From an uncultured virus (IMG/VR IMGVR_UViG_3300005239_001603) (Duplodnaviria > Heunggongvirae > Uroviricota > Caudoviricetes): a DNA stretch of 49,000 nucleotides. Under the pieces are notes generated by a model. It saw only the letters and a list, made by a program, of their open reading frames with translations, had not been told where the DNA came from and ran no database searches. The stretch lies in IMG/VR virus record IMGVR_UViG_3300005239_001603; one strand, written 5' to 3'. Below, piece after piece: positions 1-10,700 of this stretch; position 1 is the first letter of the stretch, and every line of letters starts with the position of its first letter. A program made the translations under genes and the position numbers.

Positions 1-566
1 TTCAATAGCATCAATTCAGCACGCCAGTATCATCTCTCGTCACTGTACTCAAACAGTTCGCACTGACATTCCCAAACGTAACCTTTACCTAACTGATAGA
101 AAGGACGTTCTACTTCTACAAATTTAATCTCAAACAAATGCTTGGTAATAGGAAACCAAATAAGATCTCCTTCATTGGGACGACCTTCTACATTTAACGC
201 CGCATTGTCATCCACTTTTTCTTCAAACTTTGAACGGGAAAAGATAAACGTTGTTTTATCTTCAATCCTAATTCCAAACTTGCTAAGTAACTCGCCTTGG
301 CCTTCCCATCCATCAACATTATTGACGTATGCTCTAACTTGGAGTGCTTGATTAAATTCGCTACTCTCAACCTCATTGAGGATAGTGTCTTTATTAACAT
401 ATGTTCTAGGAAGATAGTATATGTTTTGACCATAGATCTCAATACTTTCTATGATCAAATTTTCCATAAACTTCTGCTCTTGAGCAGAACCATTTAAATT
501 GATTCTACAGCTAGAAGTATAGTCTGATTGTACACAATTTGACGGTGTGGGATTACTATAAGACAT
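1..566 (-). CDS. gp14: Neck protein gp14 (head completion), 3'-partial; runs off the window start
   Basis: ORF 30..566 has T4 gp14-family motifs (ESIEIYGQNIYYLPR, GWEGQGELLSKFG, RPNEGDLIWFP, FEIKFVEVERPFYQLGK, CELFEYS) and follows gp13. The stop at 30-32 is probably an artefact: restoring dropped homopolymer bases in 1-40 gives ...YSDEEIDTGVAEIDAIE. Confidence 0.93.
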
Positions 567-567
567 A

Positions 568-1374
568 TTAACCTACGATATCCATTGGGGGCAGTTCATA
601 AACCTTACGAATTTCTTCTTCTAATTGAACCTTTCTAGCAGAAGCATCTTCTAGAATTTGACGACCATTAAGAGTTACACCACCAAGCATTTGGATTCCA
701 TCATACTTACTGAGGTTCCGACCCCATTGCTGCATGAATATTGCTTCGCAATAATCTTTCAACCAATTATCATTATATGCACTAGTATGAATATCAGGAT
801 CAGTTCTCATAATACAGTCAACCATAATATAATTTCCTGCTTGCAACTCATTCCAAGAAAAATCTAAATGCAATTCATTTTCAATTTTGTTATAACGAAT
901 TCTTCTATTTGCACGAGAGTTTGTTACAAAATCTAGAGTCTCTAGATATTGAGAAGTCATAAAGTAATGCAGAATCTGACTGTTGTTGAATGAGTAAATA
1001 TCATTCAAGAAAATCTGATACTTGATATTGAACATATTAGCAGGAACCACACTGCTACTACTGAGGTTAGCATACACCTGATTTACTGCAACCACTCCTG
1101 GAGGAAGATCCACCTTCAGATTGTTTACTGCCCAGTCAGTTCCTGTTATATCTGTAGCTCCTTGAGCAGCAGTTTTGATAGCTTCAGTAACTTCAATTTT
1201 AATTAGTTCTGTATTAGAACCATCGTAATGATATTCTTGCCAGTAATCAATCGCTTCCTCAATAAGGTCATCCAACTGCTCATCACACACGTTGATGTCA
1301 ATTGCAGGATAACCTAACCTACGGAGAGCATAATTTTTTAACTCAGTTTTGTTAGCGGGTCTTGTGGCAGACAT
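568..1374 (-). CDS. gp13: Neck protein gp13 (head-tail adaptor)
   Basis: 268-aa ORF with gp13 motifs: LKNYALRRLGYPAIDINV, QLDDLIEEAIDYWQEYHYDG, WLKDY, QWGRNLSKY, GGVTLNGRQI. It lies directly upstream of gp14. Confidence 0.95.
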   Translation of the reverse strand: MSATRPANKTELKNYALRRLGYPAIDINVCDEQLDDLIEEAIDYWQEYHYDGSNTELIKIEVTEAIKTAAQGATDITGTDWAVNNLKVDLPPGVVAVNQVYANLSSSSVVPANMFNIKYQIFLNDIYSFNNSQILHYFMTSQYLETLDFVTNSRANRRIRYNKIENELHLDFSWNELQAGNYIMVDCIMRTDPDIHTSAYNDNWLKDYCEAIFMQQWGRNLSKYDGIQMLGGVTLNGRQILEDASARKVQLEEEIRKVYELPPMDIVG

Positions 1375-1380
1375 ATTTTA

Positions 1381-4300
1381 TTAAGCGAATGAATTGACAA
1401 CAAGTGATTGAACATCATTAGCACTAACGACTTCTCCAACTTTGAAGAATCCGTCAACATTATCTACGGTGATAGCAGTAGAACCAATAGCAGTAATAAT
1501 TCCTGTGGTGCCAGTGGTAGCACCTGTCACAGTTGCACCAATTTCCATTGTAGTAACATCGGTAAGAGTGAGAGTAGCATCAGTAGCAACAGTAGCAACA
1601 TCAACTGAACCACCTACAGCAGGGTTGAGACCGTCCGCTCCAGTGGGTTGAATAATAGTGATTGTGTCACCGATACTATATCCAATACCGCCGTTGTTGA
1701 TAGTAACATTGGTGATTGCACCAGCAGAGGCAGCGATATTGACAGTTAAATTAACACCACTACCAGTTGTTGCCAGGGCAGTTCCTGTGACATAGTTAGA
1801 ACCGCCTGCAAGAGATGCTAGGTTCAGTGATAACACTTCACCAGCATTGGGGTTAACGATTGTTATTGTCTCATTAACGAGATAATCACTACCACCAGCA
1901 TTAACACTAGGGACAGTGATAACATTACCTGAAATTACAGCATCAACAGTTAAATTAACACCACTTCCACCAGTAGTTGCCAGTCCAAGTACAGTTCCAT
2001 TGGAGAATCCACCACCTCCATCATTTGCAACCGCCATGGTAACAACAGCACCAGGTGTAGGATCACCAGAGAGGTTCAATGTCAGAGTAGTAGAAGTTGC
2101 AAGGTTGGTTAGCATTGCTTGTAATTGAGAGAATGCATTATCCAGTTTTGTCTGTACTCTTGCTTCAGTGTAATACTGATTAATGCCTTCTGAAAGATCT
2201 GAAGTTGACTTGCTGGAAAGATCCAGGTTTGCACCAGTCTGTAGATTAACCTGAGCGTCAGCACGAGCATTTGTATAGTAAAGGTTAGTTCCCTCCGCTA
2301 GATCAGCAGTGTCATGATTTGCAAGAGAAGAAACTTCACCAGTTACGTTACCAATTACATTACCAGTCAAGTCAGCAGTAACCTTATCTACTACCAGAGT
2401 ATTGTTTCCAACACCACCAGAAGTATCAAGCGTAATAGTACTGTTATTAGCAAACAGAGTTCTACCTGAACCAGCACCAACTTGATTGGTCATGGCAAAG
2501 TACATAGTACCACCAGCACCACCAGATCCAGTGCTAACTTGTAGAGCATTGTCTGCATTACCAGTCAGATCACCAGTTACATCACCAACCAAGGTTGCAG
2601 TAACAGTTCCAGCAGCAAAGTCGCCAGATGCATCACGAATAACGAGGTTATTTGCAGCATTGATGCTAGAAGACGTGATAGTAATTAAAGGATTGGCGCT
2701 AACAGCATCCGCATTAGAAATACCAATACCAGATCCACTTACCGTAATCTCACGTTGTGCATATGTACCAGTTCCAGTTCTAGTTACTAGACCAGATCCT
2801 GTCTGAGCAGCAAGGGCAGTAATGTCAGAGTCATTGTAAGTGGTGCTAATAGTAACATTAGCAGAACCATCAAAGGATACGTTACCATCAACTACACCAT
2901 CAACAGTAATCGTCCTGGCAGTTCTCAGTGCGTCTGCTGATGTAGCATTACCTTGAATACCTGCAACAGCACCAATACCGTTATTAACTGTGATTTGATT
3001 TGCAGCAAAATCTCCACTACCGTCACGAGCAACAACAGTAGTTGCTGTACTTGCCGAATCAGTAGTCATGCTGTCCAGAAGATCAGCATTAAGATTGTTG
3101 ATCTTAGCAGTGGTAGGAATGACCAGGGCAGGACCAGAAGAAACCTGAGAGATGATCTGACCATCAACAGTCAGAGTTCCATCAATGTTTGCATTGGCAT
3201 CAACGTCAAGTCCAGTTCCACTTGAAGTTAATTGTAATGAACCAGCTTGAAGTGAAGCATCAGTACCACTGAAGGTTTCTGAAGAGTTTGTAGCTTGAAC
3301 TAAGAATCTATATCTATTGAGGTTATTGTCATAACCAAAGAAACCTAATCTTGCTTGAGTGTCATAGTATCTAAATTCAACACCACGATCCAAGTTATCA
3401 TCAGTTGTAGGAACGCTATCTCCACCCAGAGTGATGATAGGATCGTCCACTGTAAGTGTGGTTGAATTTACAGTTGTGGTTGTACCATTTACTGTAAGAT
3501 CACCACCAACTACGAGGTTGTTTCTTAACTCTGCATTACCTGTAGTCTTTTCAACAAAGAAATTATTTACTGCTCCAGAAGAATCATATACGGTGAAGTC
3601 TCCACCAACCATCATTTTCTTATTGACTCTTGCACCACCACTAACTTTCAGTGCAACAGTAGTGTCAGTAAAGTTACTAACGTCATTACCATTACTAATG
3701 TTTAGGTTACCTGAAATGTCAACAGCATTATCAACATCAAGAGCAGACTCAAATCCAACTGTTCCATAGAATCTAGAATCTCCACCAACCGCTAAATTTC
3801 TTAGTACACCCAGACCAGAAGTGATTCGTACACCACCGTCTGCAGTATATGATCCTGAAACAACGTCCTGATCAGTTGTATTGGTGAAAGAACTAATTCC
3901 CTGAACACCTAGAGTACTATTAAGTTGAGTGGCATTGGAGACCGTTAGGGTGCCGATTACAGCGGTATTGCCATTATCAGTATCAACACTAAACTTCTGT
4001 ACAGCAGAACCATTTCTGATAGAGAATACTTCGTTGGCAGCATCAACAATCAGAGAGTCATTGATAGTTGTCTGACCTTGGACAACCAATGTACCATCAG
4101 TTGCAATGTTACCTGAAGAAGAGGCAACAGTCATCTTATCCGTGCTACCACTTCTAACAGCGAAGTTAGCATCAACATCAACAGTATTATTAAACTCAGT
4201 TGCACCAGTAACAGTTAGTTGAGCACCGAATGTAACATTGTTATCAACATTAAGAGTACTATCAAAATCAACTGCTTGATTAACTGTTAGGTTATCAGTA

Positions 4301-7233
4301 AAGGTTGCATCTGAATTTACCGTAAGTATATCGGTATTTGCATTACCAAGAGTAATCTGAGAACCATTGACGGTCAGATCTCTGTCAAGCAGAGTATCAC
4401 CATAGACAGTTAAAGTACCAACCGATGCAGTACCAGCACCAGAACGACCAATTTGAGTATTACCACTCTCACCTAGAACTGAAAATTCTACGGTGTCGCC
4501 ATTATTAACCTTACCAATATATAAGTCATCACCAATGTGAAGGTCTTGTACAATACCAGCACCACCAAAGATTCTAAGGTTGGAGGAGGAGTGATTTGCG
4601 TAAGATGGATTGAGAGCTTGTACAGATCCACTCTCTAGCTTACGACGAACTCTCAGGAAGTTTTGCTCGTTGAAGTCTTCTGTAGCAGATTCTTTTTGTA
4701 GAATAGTACCGTTGATAACAACGTCACTATCAAACATAAAGTCGCCAGCAATATATCCACCACCATCAAATCGGAATGAACCATAGTCATTGGATTGAAT
4801 TTCCCAAAGACCAGTGCCAACGTTCTGTGCGAATGTGGGTTCATCCGTTGCTTCAAAGTGAACCGTGCTTGATACATTCAGTGTGTTATTGAGATCCAGA
4901 GCACCATTGAGTGTGCTACCCAGAGTAACCTCAAGAGTTCCCGCAGTGTAAGTATTACCACTAGCTGCAGTAACATTAAACTTATTGGTATTAATATTAA
5001 GGTCATTAGTGATGTCAACGACACCATAAAATGATGCATTACCTGTAGTAGATTGAAGTTCAATGCGAGTAGTACCAGCACCATTATTCAGTTGCAATAC
5101 TTTAGATGCACCCTGAAGTACTACATTGTCATCAAATCTAGATGTTCCGTGTGTTCTGAAATTAGTATCAATATCAACAGTACCGCCAATATTAACGTCC
5201 TTAGTAATACCAACACCACCAGCAACAACCAAATCACCAGTTGTATTAGTGGTTGAATTGTTATCAGTAGTAAGTTTTAAATTACCTGCAACAATACCAG
5301 AGTCAGTACCAGTAAAGACTTCAGTAGTATTTGTAGCAGCATGGAGGAAACGATATCCACCACTATGAGAATTCAAATCAGTATAGCTAGTATCCCAACC
5401 ATAGAAACCTAAACGTGCTTCAGTATCATAATAGTTGAATTCAATACCACGATCTAAATTGTCATCAGTTGTAGGTACGGTATCACCACCAAGTAGAATG
5501 GTGACATCATCTACGGTCAGTGTAGTGGAATTAATTGTAGTTGATGTTCCATCAATCTGAAGGTTACCCCAGATACGAACGGTGCCAGCTACAGCACGAT
5601 CATCACCTGGATCAAGATGCATAGTTGCATCTGTAGTTCCAAGGTAGTTTGTCTGGAATCTATAGTCCTCTACATGAACTTTACCTGCTGCTTCTGATGC
5701 ATTAATCTGTACTGTATCTTCAGCAGTAATAATAATGTTGCTGGATCCAGAACCAGCATTGGTTGTGAGAATATTAAAGTTTCTATTTGTAGCAGTATTC
5801 TGACTTAACTGGAAGGTAAGGTTACCATCCCCAGTCTTATCCAGTGTCTGATTAAGAGCGCCGTCAAGAGTAATATCAGGGTCAGAGAAATACGACCGTA
5901 CGTTAACATCAAGTTCGCCAGCTCCGCTGTCCCCCGTATTATTAGCGCCAACGAGTAGATTACCGCTCGTATCATTAACTTTAAGATAGTTAAGATAATT
6001 GAATCCTCGGTATCCAGTGGTTGCAGTAAGTTCTTGATCCAGTTCAAAATTCTTTACGGTGTTACCGTCAGCGAAACCAATACGATTGTTTTGTAGTTGA
6101 AGGTTGTCAACACCAACAGCAGCAATAGTTACATGCCCGTTACTGTCAACATCGAAATCTTCTTGTGCGAAAGAAGCAAGTCCTTTCTGTTCAACTGTTG
6201 CAGCACCGAGATATCTCCATCCACCAGCATCAGAAGCATCAGTATGGGTTGGAGCACCACCACCTGCAGCAATACCAGTAATTGCTTGATATACTCTACT
6301 ACTATCTTCAATAATATCATATCTAACATACGTTACACCTGCTGCATATACCGCATACTTACTACCCTCTCTAGCAGTAGCAATAGGAATAGTCAGGGCA
6401 GAAGTAAAACGACCATACTGATCAACAGTATATCTGGTTGAGTTTACAGTTCTGTTTGCTGCTTCAGGTAGATCATCTCCACCAACTGAAATAAGTGTGG
6501 GAATATTATAAAGACCAGAGCCAGCAATAAATTCTGCTTCTAACGCTACAGTAGTATCAATCAGGTCAAGAGTTGGGTTACCTGCAACGGCGTTACCATT
6601 TACAACCGAAATCCTACCTGAAGAACCCTGTACAGATCTGGTCTGCATGTTTCCTGCAGATGCCCTAGCAATAATACCTGTAGTTGTCAGGTTAGAGATA
6701 GCAGACAGGTCAGAGTCAAGAGGTTGAACATCAGTCAGACCCAGATCCACATAGGATGATGGTTGAGATGCATTAGTAACCCTACCCTTAGCATCAACAA
6801 TTACCTTAGTATACGTTCCACTAGATGTGGTCGTACCATCATAGTGAGGGAGAGATGTTAGAGTTTGAAGTTGAGCGGCAAGAGATAGGTTGGAAGAACC
6901 ATCAAAAGTACCAGAACCTGCAAGATCTTGAGATAACTGAATCTGTCTTGGGTTAGCAAGACGGGAAGAAGTTGCGGAGTTACCAATTAAAGTTGCTGTA
7001 ATAGCACCAGCGGTAAAGTTTCCGTCAGCATCCCTTTTTACAAGAGTATTTGCAGTGTTTGCCACCGACTCAATGGGTCGTTCATATGGCAGGGTATTCC
7101 ATCCCCTAACACCATCTCCGATCTTAAATCGGTTAGTGTCAAGTTCAATGCCAATTTCGCCTTGGGCTAGGGTCGGGTTTTCGTTTGCCCATTCCTGAGC
7201 GCCACCGCGTCTAAGTTGAATTCTATTTGCCAT
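1381..7233 (-). CDS. Large fibre protein (1950 aa) with Mtd_N/hyaluronidase-like N-terminal anchor and beta-rich repeats
   Basis: Uninterrupted ORF. N-terminus RIQLRRG..EW...NPTLAQGEIGIELDT.RFKIGDG..GWNTLPY is the Mtd N-terminal-like motif. The body is G/T/S/N/V-rich beta-repeat sequence. It has its own late promoter and sits just upstream of gp13, as cyanophage 'fiber' genes do. Confidence 0.85.
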   Translation of the reverse strand: MANRIQLRRGGAQEWANENPTLAQGEIGIELDTNRFKIGDGVRGWNTLPYERPIESVANTANTLVKRDADGNFTAGAITATLIGNSATSSRLANPRQIQLSQDLAGSGTFDGSSNLSLAAQLQTLTSLPHYDGTTTSSGTYTKVIVDAKGRVTNASQPSSYVDLGLTDVQPLDSDLSAISNLTTTGIIARASAGNMQTRSVQGSSGRISVVNGNAVAGNPTLDLIDTTVALEAEFIAGSGLYNIPTLISVGGDDLPEAANRTVNSTRYTVDQYGRFTSALTIPIATAREGSKYAVYAAGVTYVRYDIIEDSSRVYQAITGIAAGGGAPTHTDASDAGGWRYLGAATVEQKGLASFAQEDFDVDSNGHVTIAAVGVDNLQLQNNRIGFADGNTVKNFELDQELTATTGYRGFNYLNYLKVNDTSGNLLVGANNTGDSGAGELDVNVRSYFSDPDITLDGALNQTLDKTGDGNLTFQLSQNTATNRNFNILTTNAGSGSSNIIITAEDTVQINASEAAGKVHVEDYRFQTNYLGTTDATMHLDPGDDRAVAGTVRIWGNLQIDGTSTTINSTTLTVDDVTILLGGDTVPTTDDNLDRGIEFNYYDTEARLGFYGWDTSYTDLNSHSGGYRFLHAATNTTEVFTGTDSGIVAGNLKLTTDNNSTTNTTGDLVVAGGVGITKDVNIGGTVDIDTNFRTHGTSRFDDNVVLQGASKVLQLNNGAGTTRIELQSTTGNASFYGVVDITNDLNINTNKFNVTAASGNTYTAGTLEVTLGSTLNGALDLNNTLNVSSTVHFEATDEPTFAQNVGTGLWEIQSNDYGSFRFDGGGYIAGDFMFDSDVVINGTILQKESATEDFNEQNFLRVRRKLESGSVQALNPSYANHSSSNLRIFGGAGIVQDLHIGDDLYIGKVNNGDTVEFSVLGESGNTQIGRSGAGTASVGTLTVYGDTLLDRDLTVNGSQITLGNANTDILTVNSDATFTDNLTVNQAVDFDSTLNVDNNVTFGAQLTVTGATEFNNTVDVDANFAVRSGSTDKMTVASSSGNIATDGTLVVQGQTTINDSLIVDAANEVFSIRNGSAVQKFSVDTDNGNTAVIGTLTVSNATQLNSTLGVQGISSFTNTTDQDVVSGSYTADGGVRITSGLGVLRNLAVGGDSRFYGTVGFESALDVDNAVDISGNLNISNGNDVSNFTDTTVALKVSGGARVNKKMMVGGDFTVYDSSGAVNNFFVEKTTGNAELRNNLVVGGDLTVNGTTTTVNSTTLTVDDPIITLGGDSVPTTDDNLDRGVEFRYYDTQARLGFFGYDNNLNRYRFLVQATNSSETFSGTDASLQAGSLQLTSSGTGLDVDANANIDGTLTVDGQIISQVSSGPALVIPTTAKINNLNADLLDSMTTDSASTATTVVARDGSGDFAANQITVNNGIGAVAGIQGNATSADALRTARTITVDGVVDGNVSFDGSANVTISTTYNDSDITALAAQTGSGLVTRTGTGTYAQREITVSGSGIGISNADAVSANPLITITSSSINAANNLVIRDASGDFAAGTVTATLVGDVTGDLTGNADNALQVSTGSGGAGGTMYFAMTNQVGAGSGRTLFANNSTITLDTSGGVGNNTLVVDKVTADLTGNVIGNVTGEVSSLANHDTADLAEGTNLYYTNARADAQVNLQTGANLDLSSKSTSDLSEGINQYYTEARVQTKLDNAFSQLQAMLTNLATSTTLTLNLSGDPTPGAVVTMAVANDGGGGFSNGTVLGLATTGGSGVNLTVDAVISGNVITVPSVNAGGSDYLVNETITIVNPNAGEVLSLNLASLAGGSNYVTGTALATTGSGVNLTVNIAASAGAITNVTINNGGIGYSIGDTITIIQPTGADGLNPAVGGSVDVATVATDATLTLTDVTTMEIGATVTGATTGTTGIITAIGSTAITVDNVDGFFKVGEVVSANDVQSLVVNSFA
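3328..5550 (-). repeat. Internal duplication in the fibre gene (copies ~5392..5550 and ~3328..3486)
   Basis: GTSTTINSTTLTVDDVTILLGGDTVPTTDDNLDRGIEFNYYDTEARLGFYGWD vs GTTTTVNSTTLTVDDPIITLGGDSVPTTDDNLDRGVEFRYYDTQARLGFFGYD. Confidence 0.9.
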
Positions 7234-7273
7234 CTCTTATATTAAAGGAACGGTGCAGGTACTATCTCAAGAG

Positions 7274-7281
7274 TATTTATA
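7274..7281 (-). promoter_or_regulatory. T4-type late promoter (gp55 sigma), perfect TATAAATA
   Basis: Plus-strand tatttata at 7274-7281 is TATAAATA on minus, about 40 nt upstream of the fibre ATG (7233) and just downstream of a terminator. Confidence 0.88.
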
Positions 7282-7286
7282 ACATG

Positions 7287-7308
7287 AAAAAAGGGGTCCG
7301 TAGACCCC
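7287..7308 (-). terminator. Rho-independent terminator
   Basis: Minus strand reads GGGGTC-TACG-GACCCC-TTTTTT: a 6-bp GC-rich stem with a UNCG-type tetraloop and a U-tract, 5 nt after the stop of the 7314..7522 ORF. Confidence 0.9.
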
Positions 7309-7313
7309 GATGA

Positions 7314-7522
7314 TCATTCTTCAGTTTCTTCACTTGGGGTCTCTTCTTCCCCTTCTTCTTCAGCGATATAAGTTAATGTCTCAATAGCACCCTGAAGTTT
7401 CAGTGCTTGCATTTCATTTTGCTTAATTTTTTCTGCAAGTTGTGCGTTTTCTCTAATCAATACTTCATAACGCTCTTTGAATTGAGCGAGCATATCTTCT
7501 TGTGTACTTTCTCAACAGTCAT
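7314..7522 (-). CDS. Small coiled-coil protein with acidic tail (~69 aa); one apparent 1-nt deletion near 7505; not in the ORF track
   Basis: ATG at 7522 overlaps the upstream TGA (ATGA coupling). Restoring one A gives MTVEKVTQEDMLAQFKERYEVLIRENAQLAEKIKQNEMQALKLQGAIETLTYIAEEEGEEETPSEETEE*. An in-frame ATG at 7493 gives 59 aa without correction. Confidence 0.75.
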
Positions 7523-7758
7523 GATTTTTTCAGTAGGAGTTGTAATAGGTCTTTGATGTCACCCATGTCAGATTTTAGCGCATTAACATCAGTTTGTAAA
7601 GCCGCGTCAGTATCTTTTTTTCTCTGTCTAGCCTCATATCTGGCCATGTATTCTTCATATGCTTTTACATCACAGTTTAGAATACCATTTGTATCGGGGT
7701 CACGATACCAACCTTCGTGACCCTCAACAGGAATCAAATCATCTTCTGGTTCTGCCAT
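7519..7758 (-). CDS. Conserved small hypothetical protein (79 aa) with C-terminal coiled coil
   Basis: MAEPEDDLIPVEGHEGWYRDPDTNGILNCD...ALKSDMGDIKDLLQLLLKKS. It is tightly packed 2 nt after the VrlC-like gene, the usual position of this small cyanophage ORF. Confidence 0.8.
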   Translation of the reverse strand: MAEPEDDLIPVEGHEGWYRDPDTNGILNCDVKAYEEYMARYEARQRKKDTDAALQTDVNALKSDMGDIKDLLQLLLKKS

Positions 7759-7760
7759 AA

Positions 7761-10700
7761 TTATTTCGCGAGAGCGATTGCTCTAAAGTCGGCAATCAGT
7801 GGAACTTTTGCTTGGTTAGTAGACTTCATAACAATCTTAACCTGGAACGCATTGAAATCTAATCCCTTAGTTTCGTATGCATAGTCTTTCCAAAGTTCCT
7901 CTTCGGTAGCAGTGGAGGTATAGTTTGTTTGACCACCAATGTTAACCCAATTAGATTCATCTAATGGAGTAGAAGATCCAACAGACAATGCCTTGAAGTA
8001 AACAGCAAATGTTGTGTCGGGATGTCTACTAGAAGAGAAAGAAACTTGCAATGAAGTTGCTTTAGTTGCAAGACGAGTAAGTCTAGTAATGTATATAGCC
8101 TCGTTAGGATCACCCTTAGGAGCAGTAGAAGGATCTGTAAGAGTACCCCATCCACTAGTACCATACTGCATAGTATAACCAGTACCAGTACTAAGTCCTG
8201 CGTTCATATTGTTGATTCTATTTGAGGTAGTAATCAAGGATGCACGATCAAGGTCAATAACTGGTGATACATTTTCAACTTCACTACTTAAAACGAGTTC
8301 CATATTGAAAGACTTAGCACCAGAGAGCTCATTATCTTCGTTCAATTTTGAACAAATCAGGCGAGGGTTAGTGTAATAGTTTTCTTCATTAAGAACCAAT
8401 TCTTGGAAAGATCCATCGTTGATGAAGGACTGTTGATCCATATCTGCTGCTCTACCAGTTCCCATAGAAGTACCCGATACAGTGTTTGCACGAGCAGTAA
8501 TAGAAGTTTTGGGTAGAACCATAGTCTTCATATTTGGGGTTAGAACCTCAAACGGTAAGTTTTGAGTTGCTGTACCAAATACTCCACCAGAACGAATACC
8601 GTTAGTTGCAACTGAATTTGTATGCAGCATGTAAGTATCCAGAGTAGGACAAGAAATACTAGTGTGTGTTTTGTTAATCTCAATCAACGGAATACCGTCA
8701 AGATTATAACATTCAACAATAGTAGCATTAGCATGTGCTAAGGCAACTGTAGCATCCGCTCCTCTACCATCAGTAGCAACAGTGATTGTTTTTCCATCGG
8801 AAGAAACTGTACTGTACTGAATTACTTCGTCATCAATTTTAATGTAACCAGGATTGCTATTTGAAATAGGAACACCGTTCATTACATTGTGGAACGTTCC
8901 CGCAGATTCTACCGAGATAGAAGTTGCATCTGCAGCCAAAGCAGCAGTAAGAATTGTAGGAGTAATTTCAGATTGAATACCAACAATTTCAACGTTGTTA
9001 GCACGATCAATCATGCCATGGTTTTGGTGGAATATGGTACACTCTCTTTCATCAACACTAAATGTAGGTCCTGCAGTAGGATAAGAGTCTCTGCTATCAC
9101 CAGCATAAGTGATTCCATTATCAGTTGCGGTAGTATCAAATGTACCTTGAATGGTACTATTTTGCACATCTAGAGAATCATTTGTGGTATCAAAGTTACC
9201 AGAAACATATCTAACTGTCAAAACTTTGGGAGTTGGTGAATTATCCCAAGATACAACCTCAGCGGTTCTACCAGTAGACGAACCAACAACAGTTTGTCCT
9301 ACTTCAAACTCACCATTTGCATAAGAACTTAGGTACATAGTTGCAGTAGAACCAGAAGATACAATACCCTGTACAGTATCTCCATTACCATCAACAGAAC
9401 CTGCCAACCAAGTACCAACAATATCAGTAATAGTTACTGTATCTGGATCTGTAGTTGTGTTGAATGCAACCACAGTTGCCTGAGCATTAGTAACCGCTTG
9501 ATAGATACGAGCACCAATAGATAGTGTATAATTAGTACCAACTTCAAGAGTAAGAACTTGCTTGGGTTTGATAGTTTGAAGTGGATTTGTNNNNNNNNNN
9601 NNNNNNNNNNNNNNNNNNNNNNNNNNNNNNNNNNNNNNNNNNNNNNNNNNNNNNNNNNNNNNNNNNNNNNNNNNNNNNNNNNNNNNNNNNNNNNNNNNNN
9701 NNNNNNNNNNNNNNNNNNNNNNNNNNNNNNNNNNNNNNNNNNNNNNNNNNNNNNNNNNNNNNNNNNNNNNNNNNNNNNNNNNNNNNNNNNNNNNNNNNNN
9801 NNNNNNNNNNNNNNNNNNNNNNNNNNNNNNNNNNNNNNNNNNNNNNNNNNNNNNNNNNNNNNNNNNNNNNNNNNNNNNNNNNNNNNNNNNNNNNNNNNNN
9901 NNNNNNNNNNNNNNNNNNNNNNNNNNNNNNNNNNNNNNNNNNNNNNNNNNNNNNNNNNNNNNNNNNNNNNNNNNNNNNNNNNNNNNNNNNNNNNNNNNNN
10001 NNNNNNNNNNNNNNNNNNNNNNNNNNNNNNNNNNNNNNNNNNNNNNNNNNNNNNNNNNNNNNNNNNNNNNNNNNNNNNNNNNNNNNNNNNNNNNNNNNNN
10101 NNNNNNNNNNNNNNNNNNNNNNNNNNNNNNNNNNNNNNNTTCTATCTCCACCGATTTCAAGATCCCCCATACGAGAAATCCAAACCTGATACTCATTAGA
10201 GTCGGACAGAAGAACGAAACAATATTCAACCGATTGTTTAATGTATACTGGTGCTTGGAAAGTGAATGTAGTTGGAATTGCTGCATTATCAGACAGTTCA
10301 ACTTGTTCTGGGTTAAGGGTAACGTCAGAGAACGGAAGAATTGTTTTTGATGGATATCCATTTTCCATAGCACGAACTTGCATGGAGATCGGAATGTTTC
10401 CATCTTTAGTATTGAAGAATACATCAACCGAAGTTAGGAATACTCCACCAGTAGTGTCAACAATAAATGATTGTGCAAGAGGGTCATACCAACCAACTTG
10501 ACGAACTTCTGTTCTAGTTGATGTAACAGTACGGCTATCAGTAACAGTATCCTTAACAATCTGAGCATTTCTAACTGCAAGAATGTTCTCGCGAACAGTT
10601 TGCAGAGTACCCTTTGCTACGAATTCCGATTCTGCCGAGGAATCAACAGTTCCAGGAACTGTAGAGTTGGCTTCACTAGAACTAAATCTAAACAATCTAG

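Noticed and set aside
7080..7233. Mtd_N-like N-terminus suggesting a diversity-generating retroelement
   Set aside because: No reverse transcriptase and no TR/VR pair with adenine-specific mismatches is visible. The fibre duplication differs at all base types, mostly synonymously. Mtd_N is a common fibre anchor domain.
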